Shown here piece by piece: positions 41,917 through 50,758 of a DNA stretch of 64,000 nt. Position numbers and translations under genes: made by a program. Within the stretch, counting starts at the first letter, position 1, and each line of letters begins with the position of its first letter. Under the pieces are notes generated by a model. The model saw nothing but the letters and a program-made list of their open reading frames with translations. It did not search any database and was not told the DNA's origin. The stretch covers positions 601,365 to 665,364 of the forward strand of contig CAWCIF010000001.1 in NCBI GenBank assembly GCA_963795545.1. Direction: 5' to 3'. Source of the DNA: an uncultured Acidobacteriaceae bacterium (GTDB lineage: Bacteria; Acidobacteriota; Terriglobia; Bryobacterales; Bryobacteraceae).

Positions 41917-42333
41917 TCAAGACTGCGGCACATTCTTGACCAGGCGAACCTCGGTTCCCCCACCGGGCCTGGCGTGGAGATCGAAATCGTCCATAAACGC
42001 GCGCGCCAACAAGAGGCCCCGGCCGGACTGGCGCAACAGATTCTCCGGCGAGAGCGGGTCGGGAAGGGAATTGAAGTCGAAGCCTTCGCCTTCATCGCCA
42101 ATAGTAACGGAAAGCGCGGTAACGGATCGCTCAATGTCCAGGTGAACCTTCTTGTTCTTGTTGTAGCGATTGCCATGCACCACGGCGTTCACCGTGCATT
42201 CCCGGACAGCCATGCCGATCTGATGCTGCTCGTCTTCATCAAAGCCGAGCTTAGTTGCTTCCCGCAGCGCCAGTTCCTCCGCCTTGTCGACGCTCTGCAG
42301 ATTCGAATCGAGAGTGGTCTGAATTTTCTCCAT
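41917..42333 (-). CDS. anti-sigma regulatory Ser kinase (SpoIIAB/RsbW-like HATPase_c)
   Basis: N-box ECTVNAVVHGN and G-boxes DEGEGF and SGRGLLLARAFMD. The start is taken at MEKIQ (42333); the ORF track extends to 42426. Confidence 0.8.
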   Translation of the reverse strand: MEKIQTTLDSNLQSVDKAEELALREATKLGFDEDEQHQIGMAVRECTVNAVVHGNRYNKNKKVHLDIERSVTALSVTIGDEGEGFDFNSLPDPLSPENLLRQSGRGLLLARAFMDDFDLHARPGGGTEVRLVKNVPQS

Positions 42334-42712
42334 CTTGCTGGGTGGGCGCCAAGCCATAGCTAAGCCTGGCAGCCAAGCCGAGTGTATCGGGCTTGGCCCG
42401 AAGGGCACCCCGGCCGCCCTGCGCAATATAGAAATGCCTGGTCAACACTTATCAAAGTAATCTCCGCGATCCTTGCCAAGCCACCGCGCCGCGCGTCGGC
42501 GGAGCGATTACCTGCGAGATTGGCTGTTCCTAGCTTATATACAAGCGGTTCCACATAGGAAGCACTTTGAGCCAAATCGCCCACAATAATGCAGGAGGTC
42601 GTCAGAAGTCAACACCCGCCGGTACTTAACGCGATCAGTACGGCGTCTCAATCTCTGAAAGAAAGGGGAGGTTACTGCCGGCAAGTCGTTCCGCGAAGCA
42701 TTCAGGCCAAAA

Positions 42713-43078
42713 TCAGGATGTTGTAGTCAGGTTCTGCGACACATGTTCCGGTGTGCTGGTCAGTTCCCGAAGCCCAGATTGGAAAGGCGGCCTCGGTATT
42801 ACCGTTCCATTGGTTTCCGTAGCTAGTTTCTGTATCCTGTCGATCACGAATTCGGGCAAAAACATGTTTTCGTGATAGGCTTCTCCAGCGCGGAGGCTCG
42901 AACAAATCGCCTCGATTTCCGCAACTCGGTCCTCGTGAAGCCCTAGATATGAAAAGAATGTGCGGATCTCAGAAACCGATCCGAAGTCTATGCATCGAGA
43001 TGTTCCTGTGGGCCCATGCACATCGAGCAAAATGCCGCCATGCTGCGGGGCGATGAAACTGACGTTGTATTCGTTCAT
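42713..43078 (-). CDS. hypothetical protein (121 aa)
   Basis: ATG 43078 is preceded by a TAAGGA SD sequence. No recognisable family. The longer 169-aa ORF-track version lacks an SD sequence. Confidence 0.4.
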   Translation of the reverse strand: MNEYNVSFIAPQHGGILLDVHGPTGTSRCIDFGSVSEIRTFFSYLGLHEDRVAEIEAICSSLRAGEAYHENMFLPEFVIDRIQKLATETNGTVIPRPPFQSGLRELTSTPEHVSQNLTTTS

Positions 43079-43362
43079 CCTTAACTTTCGTCGATTAGAC
43101 GCGTAGTCTTCCTGACAGTGACGTGCTTTCAGACGTACAGGGACCATCCTGGGAATGATGCGTGGTACGTCGGAGACATTCATACGCGATGCGCGCCGCC
43201 AAGAGTATGTGATTGGGGACACCTACGTGAGTACGTTTCGTGAGTACGTATTACGCCGAGGTATTGTCAGGCAGATTATGGAGTCCAATGTTCGCGAGTT
43301 GCTCTTCGGCAGATTTGGCCCGTGGGCAAGATTTACGCTCGCTCGGAAAGAAGGTGCGAACG

Positions 43363-43692
43363 ATGAAGAAAATGCTTTATTCACTGATTTTCACAGCCGT
43401 GTCCCTCCCGCTGATTGCCTCGCCAGAGCCGGTCATCCAATCGGCTCCAGCATCCGGCCAATCTGGCAGCTCGGGGCAATCCGGCAGCTCGGGACAATCC
43501 GGCAGCTCGGGTCAGGCGGCTCAGCCCGGCCAAGCGGGACAGCCCGGAACCAGTGGCCAAAACGGCACATCAGGCCAGTCGGGCACCTCCAGCGGAAAAG
43601 CTAGACGGAATAGAAGACATAAAAACGGAACGGGCACCGGGAATACTGGTGCTGGTTCCAGTTCGACCTCAAGCAGCACGTCTTCTCGCTGA
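43363..43692 (+). CDS. small secreted Gly/Ser/Gln-repeat protein with basic tail
   Basis: ATG 43363 follows a GAAGGTG SD sequence. Signal peptide MKKMLYSLIFTAVSLPLIASP, then (SGQSGS)n-like repeats, KARRNRRHKNG and a Ser/Thr tail. Confidence 0.5.
   Translation: MKKMLYSLIFTAVSLPLIASPEPVIQSAPASGQSGSSGQSGSSGQSGSSGQAAQPGQAGQPGTSGQNGTSGQSGTSSGKARRNRRHKNGTGTGNTGAGSSSTSSSTSSR
43457..43510 (+). repeat. 3 x 18-bp in-frame tandem repeat (GQSGSS units)
   Basis: GGCCAATCTGGCAGCTCG / GGGCAATCCGGCAGCTCG / GGACAATCCGGCAGCTCG, with degenerate copies continuing downstream. Confidence 0.85.
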
Positions 43693-44581
43693 AGTCGCGG
43701 AAACGGCAGGCATCCCTAGCGGTTTCGATACTGTAGTTGGATTGCACGACGCTGAGCATTTGTTAGCCTCCGGGTTCGACAACTTCATTTGTGAGCTTGG
43801 CGATGGCAACGTGCGCCGCGTCGCACGCACGCCGGAAGCGCGGGAGGCGTGCTTGCGCCAGTGCGGGTTCCTGCCTCACCTGACGGCGCGCCTGCCGGTT
43901 TCCATTCCCGTTCCGTTCCATTGCGACGGAGCGGCGATGGTCTATCGCAAGCTGCACGGAAGCCCGCTGCAGCCGGAGATGCTCGAGCATCTGAACAGGG
44001 CGCAACTCGCCCGCGGCATTGCGGAGTTCATGACCGCTCTGCACTCTGTTCCGGTCGATGATGCGATTAGCTGGGGCGTGCCGGCGAAAAACAGAACCGA
44101 GCAATTGCTGGCAGCCGCCGACCGCGTGCTGCCTTTGATCCCCACGGAATTGCGGGAAACCGCTCTGGCATGGCGCGAGCGATTCGTCGAGATGCCGCAC
44201 GACGATGTCCCGATCCATGGGGATCTCTGGTACGAGAACCTCCTGGTCGATCCGCAAACCGGCCGTATTTCAGGCGTGCTGGATTTCGATCAGGCCGGCA
44301 TCGGGGATCCGGCCTGGGATCTGGCAGCACAGCTTCACTGCGGAAAGCGATTTGCGGAACTCGTGTTCGAGGCTTATCCATTCAAAGACGCCGCTCTGTG
44401 GAGACGGGCCGAAGCGCTATTCCGGCTGAGGCCCTTTGAAGGTCTCGATTGGGCCGTGCGATACAAACATGCTGCCGAGTTCCAGGACGGTCTGAGAAAA
44501 CTTCAAGAAGTTGGCGTGCTTCCTGCGGCCGGCATCATGCGCACGACGACTGCTCCATGGCTGGGCACGGTCGCCGAATAG
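43649..44581 (+). CDS. aminoglycoside-phosphotransferase-fold (APH/ChoK-like) kinase; start unresolved
   Basis: Brenner and DFG-type motifs PIHGDLWYENLLVD and GVLDFDQAGIGDPAWDLA. There is no ATG between 43415 and the kinase core. Candidate starts are GTG 43649 or TTG 43742. The 43415 ATG would overlap the better-supported repeat-protein gene. Confidence 0.65.
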   Translation: MLVPVRPQAARLLAEVAETAGIPSGFDTVVGLHDAEHLLASGFDNFICELGDGNVRRVARTPEAREACLRQCGFLPHLTARLPVSIPVPFHCDGAAMVYRKLHGSPLQPEMLEHLNRAQLARGIAEFMTALHSVPVDDAISWGVPAKNRTEQLLAAADRVLPLIPTELRETALAWRERFVEMPHDDVPIHGDLWYENLLVDPQTGRISGVLDFDQAGIGDPAWDLAAQLHCGKRFAELVFEAYPFKDAALWRRAEALFRLRPFEGLDWAVRYKHAAEFQDGLRKLQEVGVLPAAGIMRTTTAPWLGTVAE

Positions 44582-45711
44582 CTCCGTTTCATAACGCCGA
44601 GATCCTTCGCCGTCCACAGATCCCGAACGGATATGCTCAGCGCCTCGGGATAACCAATGTCGGTCCAGGACACGTTGATCTGACTCGGCGCATCGCTCCG
44701 GTTGAGCAGCGCAACGGCTCGTCCGCCGTCGCTAAGCTGCTTCGACCAGACTTCCAGTTCACCCTCACGCCGCACCCGCTTTCCCTGCACGCCGGCGGAA
44801 TCCTGATCCACGGCAATCAGCTCTTTGTTGGTAAGAATCTCTCGGGTGGCCGGGCTCATGCTGCGAATATCGTTTCCCGCCATAAGAGGCGCAGCCAGAA
44901 TGCACCACATGCTGAAATGCGCGCGAGCTTCGGTGTCGTTCAGGCCCCCATTACCGACTTCCAGCATGTCCGGATCGTTCCAGTGTCCAGGGCCGGCATA
45001 GCTTTCAAGCCCATTCACAAGATCCAGGATCTGCACCACACCCAAGCCGTCCTCTTTTCCAGGAACGCTCCATTTATCGGCAATGTCACCCGTAGCGCGC
45101 CACAAGTTGCCCACGTCCTTGGCCCAAAGCCACGGCTTGGTAGATCCCCATTCGCACAGGCTGAAGACAATCGGGCGGCCCGATTTTTTCAAAGCGTCGC
45201 GCATGATTGAATACGACGCTTCCGAGTTCTGGGTGCTGTGATTGCACCAGTCGTATTTCAGATAATCAACGCCCCACTCTGCGTACTGCCGGGCGTCCTG
45301 GAATTCATAGCCGCGGCCGCCGGGTCGGTTTTGGCAGGTACCGGTACCGGCATCGGAATAAATGCCGAACTTGAGACCTTTTGAATGAACGTAATCGGCA
45401 AGCGCCTTCATGCCGGATGGAAACCGTTGCGGATCAGGGATGATGTTGCCATCCTTGTCGCGGCCGACCTGCCAGCAATCATCAATGACGACGTACTGAT
45501 AGCCAGCGTCCTTCAACCCGCTGCTAACCATGGCGTCGGCCGCGCCCCGGATCAGATCCTCGCTCACGTTACAGCCGAACTTGTTCCAACTGTTCCATCC
45601 CATGGGAGGCGTTCTGGCCAACCCGTTATCGAGAGCGCAGAGCGGCATGGCGGCAAACGCCAGTAGACCGAGAAACGTAAGCCTGCCGCGAAAGGGAGAA
45701 GTCATTTTCAT
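44503..45711 (-). CDS. secreted alpha-galactosidase, GH27
   Basis: LDNGLARTPPMGWNSWNKFGCN...GYQYVVIDDCWQ...GLKFGIYSDAG..TC...DYLKYDWC; classic GH27 catalytic-domain motifs plus a C-terminal beta-sandwich. Confidence 0.9.
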   Translation of the reverse strand: MKMTSPFRGRLTFLGLLAFAAMPLCALDNGLARTPPMGWNSWNKFGCNVSEDLIRGAADAMVSSGLKDAGYQYVVIDDCWQVGRDKDGNIIPDPQRFPSGMKALADYVHSKGLKFGIYSDAGTGTCQNRPGGRGYEFQDARQYAEWGVDYLKYDWCNHSTQNSEASYSIMRDALKKSGRPIVFSLCEWGSTKPWLWAKDVGNLWRATGDIADKWSVPGKEDGLGVVQILDLVNGLESYAGPGHWNDPDMLEVGNGGLNDTEARAHFSMWCILAAPLMAGNDIRSMSPATREILTNKELIAVDQDSAGVQGKRVRREGELEVWSKQLSDGGRAVALLNRSDAPSQINVSWTDIGYPEALSISVRDLWTAKDLGVMKRSYSATVPSHGAVVVRMMPAAGSTPTS

Positions 45712-45774
45712 ACGTCAAGCGATCATAGCGCATGAGAGCGGCGATAGTTGCTGCGAGTGTTGTACTGCCGAAAC

Positions 45775-48222
45775 CTATTCGTGTCTCAAGGAAATCGCAG
45801 GATCGACACGCGATGCTCTGAGGGAGGGCCAACAGGAAGCCAACAGAGCAGCGAGCAGCAGCACCGCCGCGGCCGACGTGAATGAGAAAGGATCCCGTGG
45901 GGAAATCTCGAACAGGAGTCCTCGCGCGAACCTCGTCAATAACAGTGAGCCGATGAAGCCGAGCAGCGCTCCAGTCCCCGTCCATACCGCTACGAATTTG
46001 AAGACCAGCCTGGCGATGTCGCCGGGAGTGGCGCCCAGGGCCATGCGCACACCGATTGAGCGCGTTTGCTGGTTAACCAGGAACGAAGTCACTGCGTAAA
46101 GGCCAACCGCCGCAATCAACAGCCCAAGCGCAGCGAAAAGCCCGACTAGAACCGCCAAGAAGCGCGGGCGCTCGGCTAAATTCGAAACTCGATCGTTCAT
46201 GGATTCGATGGTGACGGGTAAAGCTGGATTGACGGCCGCGATTTCCTGGCGGATCCAGCGAGCTAGTACCTCAGTCCGAAGGTGTGTACGAAAAATGGCA
46301 ACGGCGGAATGTCCCAGCTGATCGGAAGTCCAAGTGCGGGCCACATAATACTCGGGCCCAGGCGGCAGTGACAACCCATCATTTTTAACGTCCGCCGCGA
46401 CGCCGACCACTGGTGACCAAATTGTTCGGTTGCCTTCATCGCTGCCCAGGGCAATCGCTTCTCCGATAGGATTTCGATTCCCGAACATCTTCTTTGCCAG
46501 GCTGGCGTTCAGAATAATTGCAGCTTGCGCAGCAGATCGATCCGCTTCGCTGAACGATCGGCCTGACAGCATGCGTGTTCCGAGGGCATCGAAGTAGGCT
46601 GGTGTGACATAGCGGAAGGCAACCATCCCGCCTTCGCGCGGCAACGGCGGACGTCCGGCAATGCGCATATTGGAGAAAGGCCGAGCGTGCATTCCTCCTG
46701 CGGGGGGCAGCGAATCACTCAGCGCGAAAGCATTCACTCCGGGAATGCTCCGCAATCGCGCCTCTATCTCGTTATAGAACGCGTCCTGCTGGGCGGCCTG
46801 CCGATATCGCTGGCCCGAGAGCACGAATGACGCTGTTATCACGTGTTCGGATCGCATTCCCAACGGCTGCTGCTCCAGTTTCGACAGGCTGCGCGCGAAT
46901 AAGGAGGCGCCAGTTAACAAAATGAGCGAAATGGCGACTTGGGAAGCCAACAACATATGACGGAACAGTCCCCGTGATGAACCGGCTGAATGCCATCCGG
47001 TCAGCGCTTCGGGCCCAGGTACTTCAAACGCCGGCAACAATCCAAAGAGCACCGCTGAAAGGACTGATACTGCCGCCGCAAACACCAATACGCGAAGATC
47101 AATCTTGACCTGAGTGAGCCGGGCGAACGCATCTGGCAAGGCCGCTACCAGAGTTCTAACGATTATCCACGCGAGACCGCATCCGGCTGCTCCGCCCAAA
47201 AGAGAGAGTGTCAAACTTTCCAGAAGCGATTGCTGGAATAACCGCAGCCTTCCTGCTCCTAAGGCCGCCCGCATCGCCACTTCGCGCCGCTTTGCTGACG
47301 CTCGGGCCAGCATAAGGTTTGTGACGTTTCCGCAAGAAATTAACAACAGCGCCAGCACTGCCCCAAGCAGCAGCCACGATGCGAGGCGCGCGTCATGACT
47401 CTGCCGGTCGCGCAGAGACCGGACCATCAGATGGATCTCGTTGCGCAACTCCGGTGGGGCGTCGCGAAGGGCCGCCTGAAACAGAGGCCACAGTTGCTCT
47501 CGTGCCCGATTGATCGAAACTCCATTCTTGAGCCGGGCAAAGCATCGCAGAAACACGCCCGGTTCGGAACGCAGTTGCACCGTCTCGTCGAGCTGCTCGG
47601 GTAGAAGTACATCCGCCTGCCCGAGTTGAGGCATCTCGAACGTTTTCGGAAGGACACCCTGTATGCGGGTCTGCTGGTCATCGATCTGGATCGTCCGACC
47701 AACCGCGCTCGGATTGCCGCCAAATCGGGAGTGCCACAAAGCGTAAGAAATCAGCGTTACGCGGGGGGCGTTCGGCAGGTCATCTTCATGTGTGAAGTCC
47801 CGGCCGATTATGGGCGAAACACCGAGAGTTGAAAGGAAGTTCGCTTCGACCGAGATGCAATGAATCCGCGCGGGATTCCGCTCGCCCAAATCGCATTGGC
47901 CGGCTGGAAACATGGACGTGAGGGACTGGAAAGGCGTCTGCCGGCGACGCCAATCGACATAGGAGCGACCGAGCATGAATTCGTTTGTACTGATGGGGCC
48001 AGTAATTCCGACCGAGACTAACTGATCGGCGTGCGGGTATGGAAGATTTCGGAACAGGAGCCGGTCCACCACACTGAACACTGCTGTGCACGCTCCGATT
48101 CCGATGGCAAGCGTCAAGATGGCAATTACCGCGAACCCGGGAGCGTGGCGAAGCCCGCGAACGGCATAGCGCGCGTCCTGATGGACACAGGCGATCCAGG
48201 AGGGCCAAAGGCCTTTGGGCAT
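45775..48222 (-). CDS. ADOP-type duplicated MacB/FtsX permease (intact, 815 aa)
   Basis: N-terminus QDARYAVRGLRHAPGFAVIAILTLAIGIGACTAVFSVV and two FtsX 4-TM modules. Paralog of 13733-16392, with no adjacent PadR. Confidence 0.85.
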   Translation of the reverse strand: MPKGLWPSWIACVHQDARYAVRGLRHAPGFAVIAILTLAIGIGACTAVFSVVDRLLFRNLPYPHADQLVSVGITGPISTNEFMLGRSYVDWRRRQTPFQSLTSMFPAGQCDLGERNPARIHCISVEANFLSTLGVSPIIGRDFTHEDDLPNAPRVTLISYALWHSRFGGNPSAVGRTIQIDDQQTRIQGVLPKTFEMPQLGQADVLLPEQLDETVQLRSEPGVFLRCFARLKNGVSINRAREQLWPLFQAALRDAPPELRNEIHLMVRSLRDRQSHDARLASWLLLGAVLALLLISCGNVTNLMLARASAKRREVAMRAALGAGRLRLFQQSLLESLTLSLLGGAAGCGLAWIIVRTLVAALPDAFARLTQVKIDLRVLVFAAAVSVLSAVLFGLLPAFEVPGPEALTGWHSAGSSRGLFRHMLLASQVAISLILLTGASLFARSLSKLEQQPLGMRSEHVITASFVLSGQRYRQAAQQDAFYNEIEARLRSIPGVNAFALSDSLPPAGGMHARPFSNMRIAGRPPLPREGGMVAFRYVTPAYFDALGTRMLSGRSFSEADRSAAQAAIILNASLAKKMFGNRNPIGEAIALGSDEGNRTIWSPVVGVAADVKNDGLSLPPGPEYYVARTWTSDQLGHSAVAIFRTHLRTEVLARWIRQEIAAVNPALPVTIESMNDRVSNLAERPRFLAVLVGLFAALGLLIAAVGLYAVTSFLVNQQTRSIGVRMALGATPGDIARLVFKFVAVWTGTGALLGFIGSLLLTRFARGLLFEISPRDPFSFTSAAAVLLLAALLASCWPSLRASRVDPAISLRHE

Positions 48223-48328
48223 TCCAAGAATCCTCCCACGATGAAATCAGGGGTTACCGCTAGACGACAAGCACGCGGTTTCTCACTCGACAAGAGTAGG
48301 ATACTACATAGCACAAGGATCTGGGAAG

Positions 48329-49948
48329 TCACGCCCACGCTCGATCAATCAGCTCGCGAAGATCTATTCCGCCGGGCAGCGTTCCGAAGTTGTGGCCCCA
48401 ATCGCTACCGATCCGCGACCAGCAAAACGCTCCGGCGACGTTTTGAGGGCTGTGGCGAATTAACAGAGACGCCTGCAGGATGAGGGCGAGCTGGCCGGCA
48501 AGCCTGCGCGCATCGCGGTCCGCCAGATCGCGAGTGAGGATCGAGTCCAATTCGTCCACCTTCGCGTCAAGCCTCCGGTCGCCTCCTTTAGCGAGCCGAA
48601 TTTCGGCGAAGAAGCTTTCCTTTGACTCGGGTTCTCTGCGGAGTATGCGGAGAACGTCGAGGCAATTCACATTTCCCGATCCTTCCCAAATGGAATTGAG
48701 CGGAGCCTCGCGATAGAGCCGGGGCATAATGCAATCTTCCACGTAGCCGTTTCCGCCGAGGCATTCGAGCGCTTCGCCTACGTGCGCCGGGCAGCGTTTC
48801 GTCACCCAATATTTGGCGACAGCGATGGCCAGGCGGGCGAAATAGCGCTCGGATTCACTGTCGGCCCGGCGGTCAACGGCCCGCGCCAGGCGCATGGCAA
48901 GAACGGTTGCCGCTGCTGATTCGAGATACAAATCGGCGAGCACATTCTGCATCGCCGGCTGGTCCACGAGCAGATGTCCAAATGCTTTCCGATGCCGCGC
49001 ATGATGAATGGCCTGTGTTACCGCCTGGCGCATCAGTCCTGCTGAGGCGAGAACGCAATCGAGCCGGGTGTGATTCACCATCTCCATAATGGTGGCGATA
49101 CCGCGGCCTTCGCCGCCGATAATCTGGGCCCAGGCGCCTTCGAACTCGACTTCGGCTGACGCATTGGACCGGTTACCCAGCTTGTTCTTCAAACGCTGGA
49201 TATGGAAGCGATTGCGTTCGCGATCTGGAGTCCACCTCGGCAGCAGAAAACACGAAAGGCCGCCCGGCGCTTGCGCCAGCACAAGAAATGCATCGCTCAT
49301 CGGGGCCGAGCAAAACCATTTATGGCCGTTCAGCAGATATTCGCCGCCGCTTAGCGGCTCGGCTGCCGTAGTGTTCGCCCGGACATCGGACCCGCCCTGC
49401 TTTTCAGTCATTCCCATGCCGATTAGCGCTCCGGACTTTTCGGCTAAGGGAACGAATCGGGGGTCATAACACAATTGGAAGATATGGGGTTCCCACTCAC
49501 GGGCAATCTCAGGCTGCTTTCGAATGGCCGGAAGGCTGGCGTAAGTCATGGAAACCGGGCAGGTATGACCGGCCTCGTTCTGGCCGGCCAGCATTAGCAG
49601 CGCGGCGCGCGCGACATGGCCGCCCGGACGCTCTTTCGCCCAGGGAAGGCAATGCAACCCGTGCTGCAGTGAGAGCCGCATCAGCTCGTGCCAAGCCGGG
49701 TGAAAGATCACCTCATCACGACGGTGGCCGAAGCGGTCGTGAGTCTGCAGTACAGGCGGATTCTCATTGGCTTCGAATCCCCAGCGAATGGCCTCTTCAC
49801 TACCGACCAGCTTTCCGAATTCCAGTAATGCCGGATTGGCCCATCCGGCGCCCTCGCCGTGTGTGGCTTCGACGAGGTCTCGATCGCGCTCGAAAAGATT
49901 GTAGTCAACCAGCGGAGGTGGTTGATTCGTTACTTCATGGGTTTTCAC
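48329..49948 (-). CDS. AidB-like acyl-CoA dehydrogenase family protein
   Basis: 539 aa, with N-terminus THEVTNQPPPLVDYNLF..D..L and motifs GMGMTEKQGGSDV and GNGYVEDCIMPRLYREAPLNSIWEGSGNV. Confidence 0.8.
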   Translation of the reverse strand: MKTHEVTNQPPPLVDYNLFERDRDLVEATHGEGAGWANPALLEFGKLVGSEEAIRWGFEANENPPVLQTHDRFGHRRDEVIFHPAWHELMRLSLQHGLHCLPWAKERPGGHVARAALLMLAGQNEAGHTCPVSMTYASLPAIRKQPEIAREWEPHIFQLCYDPRFVPLAEKSGALIGMGMTEKQGGSDVRANTTAAEPLSGGEYLLNGHKWFCSAPMSDAFLVLAQAPGGLSCFLLPRWTPDRERNRFHIQRLKNKLGNRSNASAEVEFEGAWAQIIGGEGRGIATIMEMVNHTRLDCVLASAGLMRQAVTQAIHHARHRKAFGHLLVDQPAMQNVLADLYLESAAATVLAMRLARAVDRRADSESERYFARLAIAVAKYWVTKRCPAHVGEALECLGGNGYVEDCIMPRLYREAPLNSIWEGSGNVNCLDVLRILRREPESKESFFAEIRLAKGGDRRLDAKVDELDSILTRDLADRDARRLAGQLALILQASLLIRHSPQNVAGAFCWSRIGSDWGHNFGTLPGGIDLRELIDRAWA

Positions 49949-50026
49949 TTCGACTTCCTAAGATTAACCGCGTTCTAACAAAGGTTGTAGGGCAGGCGGG
50001 CGAACGCTGCTTCCGCCTGCCCTGCG

Positions 50027-50470
50027 CTACGGCTCAGAGAACAAGTAATCGATCTCAGCCTGCTGATCGGCCTGCTCTAACGGCGCGAGCGTCCATTCCG
50101 GAAGATCCAGGTCTATGATGCTCACTATTTCGCTGGAAACGCACGCAGCATCCTTCCAGAACAACACGCGCTTACCGGGCAGCAGCACCTGATACAGGCT
50201 CCCTTCAATGAAGATCATCGCGATCTCCGAGTCGGTCGTCTCGATCACCGTGAAATGAGCCGCAATGGTGTTAGCGTGCTCTCGCAGTAAGTGGTCCTCC
50301 CATCGGCTGCGGAAGATAGGCGTGCTTAGATCGTGGACTTCCGTTTCTAAAGACATCATCGGCCAAACGATCAGCCAGTATGTACCGGGAGTCAAGATTG
50401 AGGCAAGCCGGCCACTTTTGCAAATGATTACTCTTTCGTCTTTGTTGACATGCATTCGCTTGAACAACAT
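50027..50470 (-). CDS. hypothetical protein (147 aa)
   Basis: Clean ORF. Only a weak SPFH-like N-terminal resemblance (VNKDERVIICKSGRL). No confident family. Confidence 0.4.
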   Translation of the reverse strand: MLFKRMHVNKDERVIICKSGRLASILTPGTYWLIVWPMMSLETEVHDLSTPIFRSRWEDHLLREHANTIAAHFTVIETTDSEIAMIFIEGSLYQVLLPGKRVLFWKDAACVSSEIVSIIDLDLPEWTLAPLEQADQQAEIDYLFSEP

Positions 50471-50742
50471 GAGTTAGCACCTCCTGGAGGCGTGAGTCGG
50501 CAACTTAGATCGCCTACGCGCAGTTTTGGTTTTTAGGGTTATTGGCGAGAATCGGCCCGCGGGTATTAGCCGACGAGATCTGGCCTGGTGGCAAGGATAC
50601 TGTGCAAAACCACTCGACCAGATGCAACAGTGCAGAGCGTTAGCGCCGCAGTTCCCATTCCGGAAATTAACTGTTGGTAATCGAGCATGGCCAGCTTACC
50701 TGCCTATTTTGCGATGGTAAAGGAGCGGACGGGAAATGTCAA

Positions 50743-50758
50743 TCATCAAAAATCAGAA
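50743..50758. repeat. left target-site duplication of IS copy B (TCATCAAAAATCAGAA)
   Basis: Identical 16-mer at 52250-52265. Confidence 0.85.

Noticed and set aside
42424-42447. Minus-strand TTGACC ... TATATT promoter-like pair upstream of the RsbW-like gene.
   Set aside because: Only 9 nt separate the two hexamers, against the ~17 nt required, so this is not a plausible sigma70 promoter as spaced.
43457-43560. The regular 18-bp repeats could be mistaken for a mini CRISPR array or a regulatory repeat.
   Set aside because: The repeats are directly adjacent without spacers, in frame, and encode the GQSGSS units of a signal-peptide-bearing ORF. This is a coding tandem repeat.
43415-43648. ATG 43415 as the start of the APH-like kinase (388-aa ORF in the track).
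   Set aside because: The extension overlaps the signal-peptide repeat protein in another frame and translates to a repeat-derived Pro/Ala/Arg peptide. The kinase fold begins well downstream, so a non-ATG start is more plausible.
44503-44581. 79-nt convergent overlap between the 3' ends of the kinase gene and the GH27 gene.
   Set aside because: Both C-termini are plausible, and such overlaps occur in compact GC-rich genomes. There is no evidence of anything beyond tail-to-tail overlap, although one stop could be affected by an indel.
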